A stretch of DNA of 64,000 nt, from NCBI RefSeq assembly GCF_009914755.1, contig NC_060929.1. One strand, 5' to 3'. The notes under the pieces were generated by a model. That model was not told the origin of the DNA. It saw only the letters and a list, made by a program, of their open reading frames with translations, and did no database searches. Below are positions 25,329-39,049 of this stretch, piece by piece (the first letter of the stretch is position 1; every line of letters starts with the position of its first letter). Made by a program: the position numbers and the translations under genes. This stretch comes from the human T2T-CHM13v2.0 reference genome, Homo sapiens.

Positions 25329-25390
25329 GAGGAAGAGGGGGCTCTGTCATGAAGAAACGGAGGAAGAGAGGGCTCCGTCATAAAGAAGCA
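25329..25390. repeat. Imperfect 31-bp tandem duplication
   Basis: GAGGAAGAG(G/A)GGGCTC(T/C)GTCAT(G/A)AAGAA present twice in a purine-rich tract. Confidence 0.7.
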
Positions 25391-27320
25391 GTGACAGGGG
25401 ACCCCTTAGAGAAGCCGAAGAGGGAGCAGAGATAAGGAAGACAGAAACCAGCACAGGCCAGGGAGCCCCCTGGGGAAAGATGCAGAGCCCAGATGACGCT
25501 GCCTCCCCACAGGTTGCAGCACCCAGGAGGCTCCAAAGGCCTGGCCCCACCACCCAGCCCCACGGCCCTATGTTCAGGAGCCATCCAATTAGCCTGAGCT
25601 CAGCTTGCTTCTGATGGGGAACAGAATCCTTCACCCATGTTTGGAAGTCAGTTGACTAGAGATTTAGCCTGGAGACAGGTGGGTTTTCCTGATTTGAGCC
25701 TGGAAATGTGAACCAGGAGGATTTGGTTATCATCTCCGTACAGCAAGTGTGAGCCATCTGGGACTTATGTACCTCACCAGCTGTGATGCTGGAATCCTCC
25801 AGGCCTCTCATCACACCTGTCTGAGGATTCCTAGCAAAAAATTAATGTCATGGCCAGCAACCACATCTATGCGTACATCACACTCAAACCTGGACGTGAG
25901 TCTAGGGAGGTATCGGCAGCCTTCAAGCATTTGAAGGCATGTCCAGCAGAAAGGGGAAGAACTGGAATTACTGGACGTGGTGCCTTTAACATTTCTCCCT
26001 GAGACATGGTTTTGAATCCAGATCATGATTTGTCCATGAGAATAATTCCTGTCACTATTCCGTCAGGGAAATCAGTTTATCAGATGCATTTCTTAGAGTG
26101 TAGAGTATAGTGTTCTAAAATAAACATACTTTAATTGTCAGCTACCTCTTTAGAAATATACCTCCTTATAAACATTTGCTCGTCTGCACTGACTTTCCCA
26201 CTGGGTAATTGCCTTTCTAAAGACAAGATATGTATCCTTAAGAGCACTTTGCACACTGGCTATTATTAAGGAAAGAAAGAATATAAACATAAAATAAATG
26301 TTTACGAATTTGAGAAATAGAAAATAAATGTGTAAAATTCCCTAAAATGAATTACATATGAAGTTTGTAGAGTCATACTAAAAATTTCCTGTATTTATTA
26401 CAGTATAAATATCAGTGTTTATGAGGATCTTTAGAAAAGGGGTCTTGAGAGTTGAGGAATTAAGAAAATGATAAAATGTGGAGACAAACATCCCTGGTGC
26501 TTCTGTGTAAATATAACTATAAAAGCCCCCTTTGTCCGGCGTACTATTAAAGTGAGTTTGGGATGGGGTAGAAGGCACTCTAGTCTCCCTGCTGCCCTGC
26601 TGCCCTCTTGGAGTTGTCATTGCTCTCCAACCCAAATCATTGTCCGCTGCTCCAGAAGATGCATGGACCTACCAAGGTCACAGCCTCATGCACCCGATCC
26701 CTCAACCCGGAGAACTGCACTGAAGTTGAACTTGAATGAGAATGGATACAACTGACAATAAAGAAGTCTATGCACACTAATAATAAAAGGTGGGATTTGC
26801 ATCTCACGTGTGCATGAGGGTCCCAGAGGCCGTATTTCTCTCTGAGCCACTGTGTAAATCATCTGTAGAGATGAGAACAGGCCCTTATTCAGTGTTCATC
26901 AAGTCTTACCTACACAGCAGGATAAAAGTCTAACCCTGAAGCACCCTTGCTCTAACTATGCCCCAGGATTGAGGTGTGAAGCTTCTAGGCTGTGCATGTA
27001 ATTCACATAGTCACATGGGGAATGCAGCTACAAATGATCATTGCCACGTCACAGGGAGAAGAACAATTCGCAAATGCAAGTTTTAAGTCTCAGGCGTATT
27101 TCTACTGAAAAGCAGAGTCATTTTTGGCTTACTGCTCCTTCTAGATGAGTTAATTTGGCAAAGTGCTAACTAAGCCCGAATCTCTGGTGTGAAAGCTGAA
27201 ACACATTTGAGTCCAGAAAAGCAGGGGCTGTCTGTAGATCAAGGAGCCTTCTGCTTTGGGATTGTTGAGAAAATTAAATCAGCATCTGAAGACAAAGAGC
27301 GAGCACTCTGTAAGTTCCTG

Positions 27321-27617
27321 GGTTTTTGGTTTTGTTTGGTTTTCAACGGTCTTGCTCTGTTGCCCAGGCTGGAATGCAGCAGCATAATCACGGTAGCCTC
27401 AGACTCCCAGGCTCAAGGGATTCTCCGACCTCAGCGTCCCTAGGAGCTGAAACCACAGGTCTGAGCCATCATGTTTGGCTAATTTTAAAAAGTTTTTTGT
27501 AGAGATCGTGTCTCCCTATATCGCCCAGGCTGGTCTCAAACTCCCGGCCTCAAGTGATCCTTCAGCTTCAGCCTCCCAAAGGGGTGGGATTACAGGCATG
27601 AGCCCCTGCGCCTGGTC
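27321..27617 (-). mobile_element. AluJ (Jo-like)
   Basis: Diverged antisense Alu flanked by a perfect TSD TCTGTAAGTTCCTG (27307-27320 and 27618-27631). Confidence 0.92.
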
Positions 27618-28189
27618 TCTGTAAGTTCCTGTTAAACAAAAATAAATATAAATATGCAAGAGTGATCTTCCTTCTTCTCTCCTCACCTTGTGGAGGGGAT
27701 AAGGGAAACAGCGCTTCTGCAGACAAACATCCAACTCTGTGTCCTCCTGCACTCCACCTTGCAGGTCCCCATCGCCCTGTTCTTGCGACATCCTGGGAAA
27801 GCGACCCCGGTGGCCGAGCCCAGTGTGCCTTCCTGGACCCATCACTTGGCACCCTGCACATGCTCCTGACGGCAACTCTACTAGGTGGTGCCCTGGGCTC
27901 TCCCTCCGGTCCTGTCAGTGTGACTTCCTTTGTTTGGGTAGAGATGCAGGGAGAGGGCTCTGTGAGCACGTCATTAATAAGATTATTCAATGTCATATTG
28001 TGTCCTTTTTACCCAGATATTATTCTTCACGTATTTGCAAGAATCCTAAAGATTGCTGACTTGAGCTTCCAGGTATCCTAAAGTCTGGTTCAAATGTAGT
28101 AAGTCCCAACCGTACTCTGTGCAGCACCTGGGCACTGCTGTGTGGTGGAATATCCTGTCCTGTTCTGGTTATTGATCACTGATCATTAC

Positions 28190-28650
28190 ATAAGGAGCTT
28201 CTACACATGTGCACCATTAAAGACCCACCACATCATTATGCTCTTGGATTCCACTGGCCAGGAAGTTGGCAAGGTGGGGAGGCTGGCTTATCTCTGATCC
28301 CAATGTCTGAGGCCTCAGCTAGGAAGATGCACGTGGCTGGGGGCTTCCACACACTCCTTCTCCCATGCATCTGATACTGGGACTGCCAGACTTAGGTGCT
28401 GAGCTCAACTGGGCTCTCAAAGTCCTGGCCTCTCCAGGTGGCATGGGCTTCTCTGGGGTCCTGTGAGTGTCCTGAGAGCCAGGCAGGAGGAGAATCCCTC
28501 TAACGATCTCATCTCAGAAGTCACATGGCATCACTTCTGCCTCACTCTCTTGGAAGGAAACACAAGCCCACCCAGATTCAAGGGGAGAGGAAATTGACCG
28601 CATCTCTCCATGGGAGAACTGGCCAAGGACCAGCAACAGTTATTAAAGCC
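28190..28650 (-). mobile_element. MLT1F/G-like MaLR LTR
   Basis: CTCAGAAGTCACATGGCATCACTTCTGCC...CACAAGCCCACCCAGATTCAAGGGGAGAGG. Confidence 0.7.
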
Positions 28651-28872
28651 ATCCCATGACATTTTGCTATTTGATCAATGAGCTTATACTCTACGATGAG
28701 GGCGTCTGGGTCTCCTATTTGACCTGGTGCATCCAGGGTGTGTGGTGGCTTCAATCCTCAGCCACACCACAGACAAGTGTGGGTGTATCTCCATCAACAG
28801 CATTCCCGCATGTTAGGACAAGCGGTTTCTCCTGGGCTTCTGCTACCGTAATTCTCAACGTCTCTGAAAGGA

Positions 28873-29287
28873 GAGCTTAGTCCATTCTCACATCCCTATA
28901 AAGAAATACTTGAGACTGGGTAATTTATTTTAAAAAAAGGTGTAATTGGCTCATGGTTCTGCAGGCTGAACAGGAAACACAGCACTGGCTTCTGCTTCTG
29001 GGGAAGCCTCAGGAAGCCACAATCATGGTGGAAGGTGAAGAGGGAGCTTGCATGTCACGTGGCAAAAGCAGGAGGAAGAGAGACAGAGCAAGGTGCCACA
29101 CGCTTTAAACAACTAGACTTTGTGAGAACTCGCTCTTGCCAGTACAGCACCAAAGGCATGGTGCCCAACCATTCATGAGAAATCCACCCCCATGATCCAA
29201 TCACCTCCCACCAGGCCCCACCTCCAACACTGGGGATTATGTTTCAAAATGAGATTTGGGCAGGGAACACACATCCAAACTATATCA
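28873..29287 (-). mobile_element. MSTB-like MaLR solo LTR
   Basis: TTAGTCCATTCTC...GGCTCATGGTTCTGCAGGCTG...CCAATCACCTCCCACCAGGCCCCACCTCCAACACTGGGG...ACTATATCA. Confidence 0.9.
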
Positions 29288-30274
29288 GAGATCAGGGAAA
29301 CTTTAAGTAAATTACATGATTCTTCCCTAATTCTACTGTCCTGTCCATCATATTGAAATGGAAGGATAATGGTCCAAACCCCAGATTCCCATAATTCTTG
29401 CTTTCTCACATTCAGGGGTAGATGGAGGAGCAGATGACAGTTCCAAGCCACCATGGATGGGGCTCAGCTGGGAGCCATGGCCCCAGTCCCCAGTATCTGA
29501 GCCAATCGCTCATGTGCCTCCGTGTGCTGAAGTGAGCTGCCACTGTCCAGCTCCCAGGAGATAGCACTCCCCCATGGACTGGCCACCAGCCACCTCATAT
29601 GTACCTGGCTCTGCCCCTTTAGCACCAAGCAGAAGACCTGTCAGGTATCAGGTGCTCAGTGCAGGCTTTTCCATGTGAGACATCTTCTCGGCCAGGGCCC
29701 TCATGAGAGTGAAGCTGCAAGAAGAATTGAGGGCTCTGTCAGCAAGGAAAGCAACTATGCTAGACCTCCCTGTGAGCTACTCTGAGGGTGCTCAGGGCTC
29801 CCAGATCATTGAGCATTGAGCATCCAGTCTCCCACCCACCCCAGCTCTGAGAGCAGAGTCATCCTCTAGGCCCCGTCCTCATCCCTGCAAGCTCGACCTT
29901 TCTCAAGATTACTCAGCATCTGACCCTCAATCGGACACGAGGTGTAAATGAAGAGGCTCCTAGTACAGCGGGAGCTGTGGAAGACATCAGGAAGTGGCGA
30001 TCTGAGCTGCTGAGAGATTAGACAAAAAAAAAAAAAAAATGGAGCCATTGGAATGCATGAAGGCCTATCCCGAGGGCAGCAGGAGACACTTCACAGTCAC
30101 CCGAGTTCAGCCCAGAAGCACCTCTGCAGAGGAAAAGAGCTGCCTTCCCTTCAGAAGGGAAAATGTGATGCCGATAAAGGTAACAAGCCTGTCCCAGTCA
30201 CAGAGGATCATCAGATCATCATACTGACAGCTAAGATTAAGTGAGAGGCAGTGCAGTGTGTCCCTAAGGCCGCG

Positions 30275-30365
30275 GGTGGAAGTCAGGCCACCAGCTCTGT
30301 CGTTAGTCATCTGAGTGACCTGGGACAAGTGACTGAAGCTCCCTGTGGCTCAGCCTCCCTGTCAG
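30275..30365 (+). mobile_element. MIR fragment
   Basis: CCAGCTCTGTC...CTGAGTGACCTGGGACAAGTGACT...CTCAG core motif. Confidence 0.55.
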
Positions 30366-33300
30366 GAGGACCTCATGAACTTGTGGAGGGGACAGACGAC
30401 AGTCGTGAGTTAGGCTGGCACAGAGGCAGCTTCTTACCAAAGTCGGCCTTGGCATTAACGACAAGGTGCCAGCACCCCCGCCGCATCACTGTCCAGCACT
30501 CCAGGGCTCTGTGGAACAGGAATTAATAATGACTCTACTGGGATTCAAACCCACATCAGTCTCTGAATCCAGCACCCAGGCACTTCTCTGCAATGAACGG
30601 TCACTCAGTGGGAGGATCGTGACAGAGAGGCCAGTGGCATGCTGCAATTCCAGTGGCCAGCAAAGCCCCCAGCTTAGCTCACACCCCTGGGCATCCTTCC
30701 CACCACCACAGTGCAGGAGACACTCACGGGCCCAAGATCACAACTTTGAATTTTCAAATGGCATGAAATGAGGCTTGCCATGCAGCGTTTAAGGAAACTG
30801 GGAAGGATATGAAAGGCATTTACATAATGATTTCCTTACATAATAAAAATGCTTAAACTTCACCGCCTTGAAAGAAAAATAAACTTCAGTTATGTGCCAA
30901 GTTAGTGTACATGGGACATCTCAGTTTTCTATTATGGGATGCATACGTTATACACTTAGAGGTATCTATATTCCCATGCTGGACCACACATGCAACAATT
31001 CAAGATGTATTTGTGCATAGTGTCCATTTGTAACTTGTGCTTTTTAAAAATTGTTTTACTTGCCATAAAAAGTAACTTTGACAATTTGTAATTTTGTTTA
31101 GGACTTGAATGGGAAAACTGTAGGCCTTTAGCAACTGCCGTTGCCTGGGAGCCAGTCATTTTTATAAATATTGGTTCCCGTCTCCCCTTAGTCGAAGTTT
31201 GCTGTGTTTGCTGTTTGTATTAACTGACTGAAATTTTTGTTCTTTTTTTTCTTGCTCTGTTTTAGAATATCTGTGCATGTGCAGGTTCCAGGGTGCCCTG
31301 CTGTGAGGAGCTGGCGGAGACTGATGCCTGAGGCCAGTCTCCCGGCAACTGCCCACAGCCTTGACCTGTTTACCTAAGATCAGCGGTTCACATTCAGGGA
31401 TGGGTACTTTTTTTTTTTTCAATTTTTAACTTCACACTTGTAAATATTTGCTGGCTCTTTTTCTTTTTTAATAACAAAGGTTCTATTTGAAAAAGAAGCT
31501 TTGAAATTATTGTCTTACTTTAGAAGAAATGGCCAGAAACCCTCCCCCACCCTGCCTTGCTGCAATTATTGATGCTATTAATATGCCCAGGAAACGCTTC
31601 TTTCAGGTTGTTATAGCATCACGATGAAGAATTCTTGGCTAAAGAGGTTTCTGTCCTCCATGGGGGATCAGAACCGGCGACCCACAAAGCCTTTGGCTTC
31701 ATTCCTGGTACCTTGTTCTATGCAATGAAACGTCCACCCAACCTTTCTCAGCCCGGGGCTTCCCCGAGCTCCTTCTCACAAAGACCTGATAACAGGAGGA
31801 CTGTAGACCTTCATTTGCTTTCACCCTCAAAAGCATGCACACAGCCAACTGGGCGAGCAGATGAAAAGGTTAATCCCCCTCCTGGTCTCCACTCCACTCA
31901 GTAGAGAATGACCTGCTGTGATTTTCCTTTCCCCCATCTCCTACTTCTCCCTGGGGAAGTGCCAGGGTCCCCACCCCTGGAACTTGGCTGGCCATGAGGA
32001 GTCCTGTTTTCGTTTTAACCATCAGCTCTCAATTGATTCCAAACCAAAGGCGATGGGTTGCCTGTGAAACATAAACTAGGTGCTGCACCACGCACGTTTT
32101 GACCGACTGAAAATTTGAATTGCTAGAAAAGTGATTTATCCCATCTCAAGTTTCAATATGATTATTAAGTGAACTTCTTTTTTCCTTTTCTGGCAAGGGT
32201 TGAAAGAAAGGGTCAAGAATCAGCCCTGTTTATTTAGACAGTGGCATATTTCTTGATGGGCTAGGGATGACAACTGGCAGGTAGAGGTGGCCCCATGCAA
32301 ACAGCAGGTGGAAGTGGGGGTGCTCAGCCTCTGTACTCTGAAGGGAAGTGGTCCGGTTGGCCCTGGGCGTGATGGGGCCCTAAGGAGTCACAGTTTGTCA
32401 CATCCCAGGTGTGTCTCCGCCTAAGCCACCCTCGCAGCAGTCTCAGGCAAGGTCCTTGGGAGACCAGGCGGGGAGAGAGGGCCTCTGGCCAAGCTCCTTG
32501 CAGTCAGGGGAAGCTTGAGTCTCCAGGCCTCCCAGGACCCAGTCACTGACAGGGAACCAGCCCCCGCAGCTGGAAGCTGCCCCACCTCTAAAATCAGGTG
32601 GGGCTGCTGGAGCCAGGGCCACAGCTGCACTTCTGCTATTACAGAAGAGGTTGGTGCAACTGAGGTGGCCTGCTCTTGGCTTTGGGTGGTGACCGGGCTG
32701 GGAGGTTGGGCTTCTCCCTGAGATGGTCACTGCGTCAGGTATGAGGATGCCACACAGTCCTGCGCTCAATGGACACGTAACCTTGCACGAGGCCGACACA
32801 TCGACAGATTGTCGCCTGGGCTGAGGAGTGGGCTGCAGCTGGGGCCCTCCTGAGGGTGACAGGGCCGGCTGGGAGGGTGAGCTCCCTGGGGAGCAAACAC
32901 TGCATCGGGAGGATGGACTGTACCAGCCTGGCCTCCTAGAATGCAGAGCTCAAGCAGGTGGGCTGGGTCCAGGTTATGGACAGCACCTGCTAATAGGAGT
33001 CCTTCAAATTAACCTAAAGAACCAATATAAAGCCCTGGCCCAGAGCAAACAAAACATGGATGCTAACACTTTCTAATAGAGGATAACAGCAGAGAGGAAA
33101 GTCGACTGTGCACCGACAATCCCCAGCAGCAGCCACACAGCAATGCACTACACTGAGGCTCATTTCCAAGCCCCCTGCTCCTCTGACGTAGGCCCATGAG
33201 GTCCTAGGAAGAATTTATTCATCCTAGAAGGATGAATTAAATCTGTCTGACACTGGCCTGATTTTAGTACTGAAGGTCCTGCACCCCAGGAAGTCCCCAA

Positions 33301-34291
33301 CTCGGTCCCAGGTAGACCAGGACAGTTGTTCACCCTAACTTGGAGGCTAGCTTTCAGACACCCAACACCCAATGCAGAGGGACAGGAAATTGGCCTCTCA
33401 GCCAAGCTGTTCCAGACCCGACCAGAAGAGGGCAGCCAAGGACCATGGCTGTGAAATAGACGTGGGGTTGCCAGGAATCTCCACAAACACAGGCCCTGGT
33501 CCACTTCCCAGGTCGAGGCCTCTTTTATGGACAGGGCTGGGGAGTGTAGACTTCGAGGGGATAGAACTCTAACATAGGTCCAATGAACCCACGGTCCCGG
33601 TGTTTGTGAAATGTCCTCGAAGTCCGGTCTCCCGTTCTGATATGCTTCAGTGTAAATTCTTCCTTAGCATTATTTGTTTTTATCAGATGTAAAGAATGAA
33701 GACGTCTTGTCATTTAACAAAAATGACAGCTGTGGTTTTGGAAGAAAAAAAAATTACGCCTTTTCATCAAGTATTTGGAGAATCACGGGACCCTTTAGAA
33801 GTCTCGTTGGTACTTTTTGTGCTGACACTGGCGGGGTGTGCAGCTGCCCCGACCATCAGCCCATCCCCGTCTGCGGGTGGAGATGGCTCATGGACAGGAG
33901 GCAACAACCCCGACGGGAGCAGCAGCTCCCGCAGGAGCCCACAGGGACATCCTCCTCTTCTTATCTGAGGCCTGCAAGTGCCAGTGCAGGAGCACCTCCT
34001 TGGGGCAGAGGGAGTGAGAGACAGGAAGGGGAAGGACTCAGCCCAGCACATGGGGGACCGTGGCAGGTGCACCAGGGGTGCCCCCGCAAGGGGCCGGCTG
34101 AGGTCAGAGGGGCTGCGACTCATGTAGCACCCACCTGCGGGGCTGACTCCAGAAACCAGGACCTGTGCCCAGGAAGCAGACCACCCTCCAGGCCATGCCC
34201 TTCCGGCATCAGTGAGGTGTGCAAACTGCTTGGCAACTGGGGTGCAAGGCCGGGCGCTCTCGAGGCCAATACATCAGCTGGTTTTATTCGT

Positions 34292-34350
34292 TAACACAGT
34301 GGTGCCTGGCATGGGGGAGGGCACTTAATAAACCTTTGTTGGATGAAGGG
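34292..34350 (+). mobile_element. L2 3' tail fragment
   Basis: GTGCCTGGCATG...GCACTTAATAAACCTTTGTTGGATGAA. Confidence 0.55.
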
Positions 34351-34449
34351 TTACGATCACCGACTAGCGCTGCTTTCTAGAACAATTTTCCTGGGAGTGC
34401 CCGGCCCTTGCTTTGCACCCTAAGTACTTTATATTGTCTTATGCTCTGC

Positions 34450-34876
34450 TAGGTTCCCAGGGCTGCCTGAAAACTTAAAATGAAATTGATAGCTCCAAGC
34501 AACAGAAAGGCTGGAGTGCTGGAGGGCAGAATTCTGAAATCAATGTGTCCATGGGGCCGTGCTCCCTCTGAAGGCTCCGGAGGAGACAATTGCCTTGCCT
34601 CTCCCGGCTTCTGATCCCTGTACGCATTCGGCAACTGGCTGCATCCCTCCATTCCCTTCTGACCTGGCCTTCTCCTCTTTTTTCCTGTGTCTCTCTGTGT
34701 CCAGATCTGTCTCTTATGAGGATATTCTCATTGGATTTAGGCCCACCCTCATCCAGTATAATCTCATCTCAATTCTTACCTTAATTCCATCTGCAAAGAC
34801 CATATTTCTAAGTCAGGCAATGCTCCGAGGTTCCCAGTGTACAAGAATTGTTGGAGTACACCATTCACCCACTACA
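34450..34876 (-). mobile_element. MLT1B/C-like MaLR LTR
   Basis: GGGCCGTGCTCCCTCTGAAGGCTCC...ATTGGATTTAGGCCCACCCTCATCCAGTAT...CATCTGCAAAGACC. Confidence 0.8.
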
Positions 34877-34914
34877 CACACAGAGACAGCAGCCTCTGTG
34901 GCTGCCGACAGCAC

Positions 34915-35095
34915 AGGCAGGCCCTATGTTAAACGCTTTCTTTGTGTTTTCACATTTTATTCTCAGAGTCACTCTATGAAGTAGGTTTTATTAGGATCAC
35001 TCCCATTTTACAGGTAGAGACACTGAGGCAAGTTATGTCCCCTGTCCAAGGTCGGAAAGCTAAAAGGTGACAGAGCCAGGGATGGCCTCCAAATA
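34915..35095 (-). mobile_element. MIR
   Basis: CTATGAAGTAGG...CCCATTTTACAGGTAGAGACACTGAGGC...CCAAGGTC...GACAGAGCCAGG. Confidence 0.7.
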
Positions 35096-35297
35096 GACAT
35101 GAGCCAGCTGAGCCCTGCAGCCCCAGACATACCTGCCCCGTGTTGCCCCTCCAGATGGACTCGGCACTCAACTCTGCCAGAAAATGCCCCGGGACATGTT
35201 TAATAGATGATTAGAACTAGTTGAAGTTTTATTTTTTGTGACTACTTTGAAAATGCAGGACTATCCAGAACACTAATAGAGGATGAACAAAACCAGC

Positions 35298-36078
35298 TGT
35301 TGATATGTGGACATCCGTCCCTCTCTAAAATACTTGGCCTGCCACACACCAGAGGGAGTTCTCACTGATCTTAGATTCCTCAGTATGCCAAAGATGAGAT
35401 CTTCCTAAACTTTTTGCTATAATTTGAAGGAGCATGACAAGTGAGGGCAAAACAAATTATACAAAAATTCTGAGCTTCGCACACTTCCTATGTAGAATGT
35501 TAGCCATGCAAGTAGCCTGACAAGGGTAGCCACGCTAACCACCAGCCCTTCCCTGGCACTTACAAGGGTAGCCACACTAACCACCAGCCCTTCCCTGGCA
35601 CTTACTGGGGTACTAATGCGCTGGTAAAGTTAGGAGAGTCTGGAATGGCATAGCCATAGATATTGCCCAATCTGCTCCCATGAACAATGTCCCCTGGCCA
35701 AGCCGCCCTGTTGCTTGGAATCAAGGAATCGGGTGCAATGTCAGCTGATCCCTGAGCAGTGGCCTTCCACAACCCCCAGCCCCTGAAATGATGCAAACAG
35801 GCAAATTGCATCTTCCTTCTGGAACCAGGGTCATCCCACCCTCTTGTTACTACACAGCCAGCCTGCCCCAGCCCCTGGGTGGATACTCAGTTCCTGAATG
35901 TGACTCTGTGGGGCCACATGACGCACGGTGTCTTCCATCCTGGGAATGTGAGTGGATGTGACTAACATACCACTGCCAGCTGCATCTGCCCCGTGCTGGT
36001 GTGTGTTTGGCCATCTTCATAAGCCTGGAGCAGGACTTCCTCCCTCACCAATGGGATGAGGAGGAGGCCATTGGAAGC
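35298..36078 (+). mobile_element. ERVL-type LTR (MER74/MER73-like)
   Basis: 3' part GTGAGTGGATGTGACTAAC...TGTGTTTGGCCATC...CCTCCCTCACCAATGGGATGAGGAGGAGG resembles the recalled MER74 end. The left boundary is uncertain. Confidence 0.5.
35520..35603. repeat. 42-bp tandem duplication (1 mismatch)
   Basis: ACAAGGGTAGCCAC(G/A)CTAACCACCAGCCCTTCCCTGGCACTT x2. Confidence 0.95.
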
Positions 36079-39049
36079 TCTACTCACCAGGTCCTGCAGA
36101 AACTCACAGTCCTTGAGGAAGCAGCCAACTTGGAAACATAAGGCAAGAGAGAGGAGTCCCACACTGATGGCAGGCAGAGAAAACAGTGATTTCTGAAGCA
36201 AAGCTAAGAGAAGAGGTGACCTTTGAGATGGATGTTGAAGCCAAAAGAGGTGGTCCCCAGACAGACCCAGGGCTGGAGGGCCAGGCTGGAAGGGCATTTG
36301 TGGCACAGGACAACCACGTGCATGAATGTGACAACCAGGAGGCAGCTCAGGGCCCTGCTGTTGTGCCCTTTAGCACTCCACGGTGTGGAAGTGTCTGAAT
36401 CCAGATTCTGGCAGTGTCTTTTCAGTCCACACTCTTGGGGGCAGCATCTGGGTATAAGCTCAGAGGTAGCATCACCCTAGGTGGCAGGAAAACATTAAAA
36501 GATGGTTCTGAGGCCTGATTGACAAGAACCTGCCAGTGTCCCACGGATAGGGTGGCTGGGCCTTGTTTGTCATCATGAAATGGTACAGGGTAGAGACTTA
36601 TCTGAAAAGTTTGACTCCAGGCACTGTAGGTTGACTGTGTTGTTCACTGACCTCCCAATGTCTTCACGGGGTCTTTGATTACCTGCACTATAAAGTCTGT
36701 AGACCTTCAGCATCTCACTTCTGACAGAACTGTAGATGTAACTTTTCAGAATCCATATGAAATATTAACTACTACTCTGAGGGAGGTGAGGGGATTGCAT
36801 TCTAGCACATTTTAAAATACAAACGGGGACACAAGCAAAGAAAGGCAATGTCCTCAGGCATCCAGTGCCGGGAACAAGACACATCTCAAGTGTGCAAGCC
36901 AAGGGTACCCCGTTATTATCACAGAGGAGCAGAGTTCAGCGGAGTAATAGAAGTGTCACCTTGGAAAGGCAGGGCTGGATGCATGCACAAATCAGGATGT
37001 GAATCCTGGATTCACATTCAGTGCATGATTCTCGCTCACATTACTGTGCCAATAACTTTAATTTAATAAGCCCATGTGTCAAGGGCCACTTCAGATCCGT
37101 CACAGCTGCTGCCTCCCCTCCCTGGTTCCTTGGAAAAGCTCAGTTCTCTGGCTGGCTGCTCCCTCCAGCATCCGCAGAAGGCTGTGTGCTCACACTAGCT
37201 GCCTGCACTGACACTTCTGGAGGAGGAACTCAGCATTTCCACAGGTCACTCTGGCTATGATGGCCCAACTCAACCCTCATGACAATGAGCGTGTACAAGG
37301 GTGTTCCTGGGGACCTTACCCTGCGGTGAGGAAAAGTGCTGAGCATGCAGGGAGAAAAAGAGAAAACAAATACACGAATCACTTTAATTTGATGCCCCAA
37401 ATAAAAACTGCTCAAAATGACATTTAAAGGAGGCATTACAGGAGCAAGTTTTATGACTAACCCTTTTACCCAAGAGTAGGCAACAGAAGGGAGACAAAGG
37501 TTATTTTTAAGAAATAGTAATGTAATTTAAGAAAACAATATTGAAAATGAATTAATATTGGTACTAACATTTAACTGGGGCTTGCAGACAATAGGGAGGA
37601 GAAGCAGGTTTGCAATGGATGTGTTGCTTATGACCGTGCTGTTTATGACTGGCCTAACAAAGCCAGAAACCTGGCCAGGAGAAGGAACGATATTTTCCAA
37701 AACATCACAGACGATTCGGACCCTTAAGTGAATGGGTACAACAGAATCAGAGGAAAGGAAGGGTTTAGGTGACCATGAGGCATGGGGAGCATCACAAGGA
37801 GAGACATGGCAGAGCCAGCATTTCTTCAGGGCTGTGCCAGCCCCTAAGCACCTGAGCTTCCTGTGCGTGGGGTCCAGCCAAGTGTTTCAGATAACAATTT
37901 CTGAACTGTTGTTTGTTTATTTTGTTTTTTTAACCCAGCAATCTATGAAAAGGCCAATACTCTTGAGAATAACTGCACCCACACTCTGCAGTGAGACCTG
38001 CATGTACTTAATCTGGAGCAAACCCAGCTGTAGGTAACACAACCCCAAGGCACACACTGCATTCCAATCTTTGGGGCTCTGCAGGCTGGTGTGCTCTCAG
38101 TGTCTGCTAGAGGGCCAGTCTTCCAGATCCACATCCTCTCTGGGCCTACACTGTGCTTCTCCACAATATCTGAGTTACATTGTTTTGTTTCTTTGATTCA
38201 CACTCTTTTTTTTTTCCAATGAGAGTTTTTCACATATGCATTTTTGTTCCTCAAACGCTTTCTGTACAACCTTTACATATTTATTGATTGTGATAGAGGG
38301 CTTCTTTTTTCCCTAATTAGCAGACTTTGCAAATTCCTTGTCTGATTTTGCTGGGAATATTGCTGTGTGCTGCCTTCTCCATGCCTTTCTCTCTTTTACT
38401 TGAGCAATCTGTCCATCACTGGTTCAGTTCAGCCCTCGCTGAAGATGGCTTTATCACCCCCCAGGCACCATGGAGACATAGCGCCTGATACGGCAGCCAG
38501 AAGGACAACCTCTCTGTTCAAGGCTCTGTGCACGCTATCGAGAGGCCTTCTCTATAGAAAGCCCCCAGAGGCCGGAAATCCTGCGTGAGGTGCTTCAGCA
38601 TGAGGGGTTGAAATGCAAAGAACTGGGTTTAAAAAGTAAGTAATGAGAGAGGTGGATATCTGGTTTTCTAGGAAGAAAGAGTTAATGGAGAAAAGAAATT
38701 GAGTTTTTGAGTACAAGTAGTCTTGGCCACAGGAAGAAAACAAAAGCCACCTTCCAGAAAAAGAAGCTGTGTGAGCAGAAGTGGATGGAGAAGCATATGA
38801 GTACACTACTGTTTGCTGAAGATTCACCACAATGGAAGAAAGACCAGGGTCAGGAGTGAAAAAGGTTGAAGGTGGGGAGCTGGGTGGGGACTGTAAGAAG
38901 GCTTCTACAGCTACCAAGGGTGCAAGCTCCTGTCCACAGCAGCAGGGTGAGCCGGACACAGGGGTCCTTGGAGCCTGCAAATGAGAAATGAGCTCAACCC
39001 CTGGGCATTTTGATCAAATGAGCCAGTAGGTTCCTGTGTTGACTGAAGC

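Noticed and set aside
33674-34294. 206-aa ORF
   Set aside because: Non-ATG start, G/P/R-rich random-looking sequence, and no recognisable homology.
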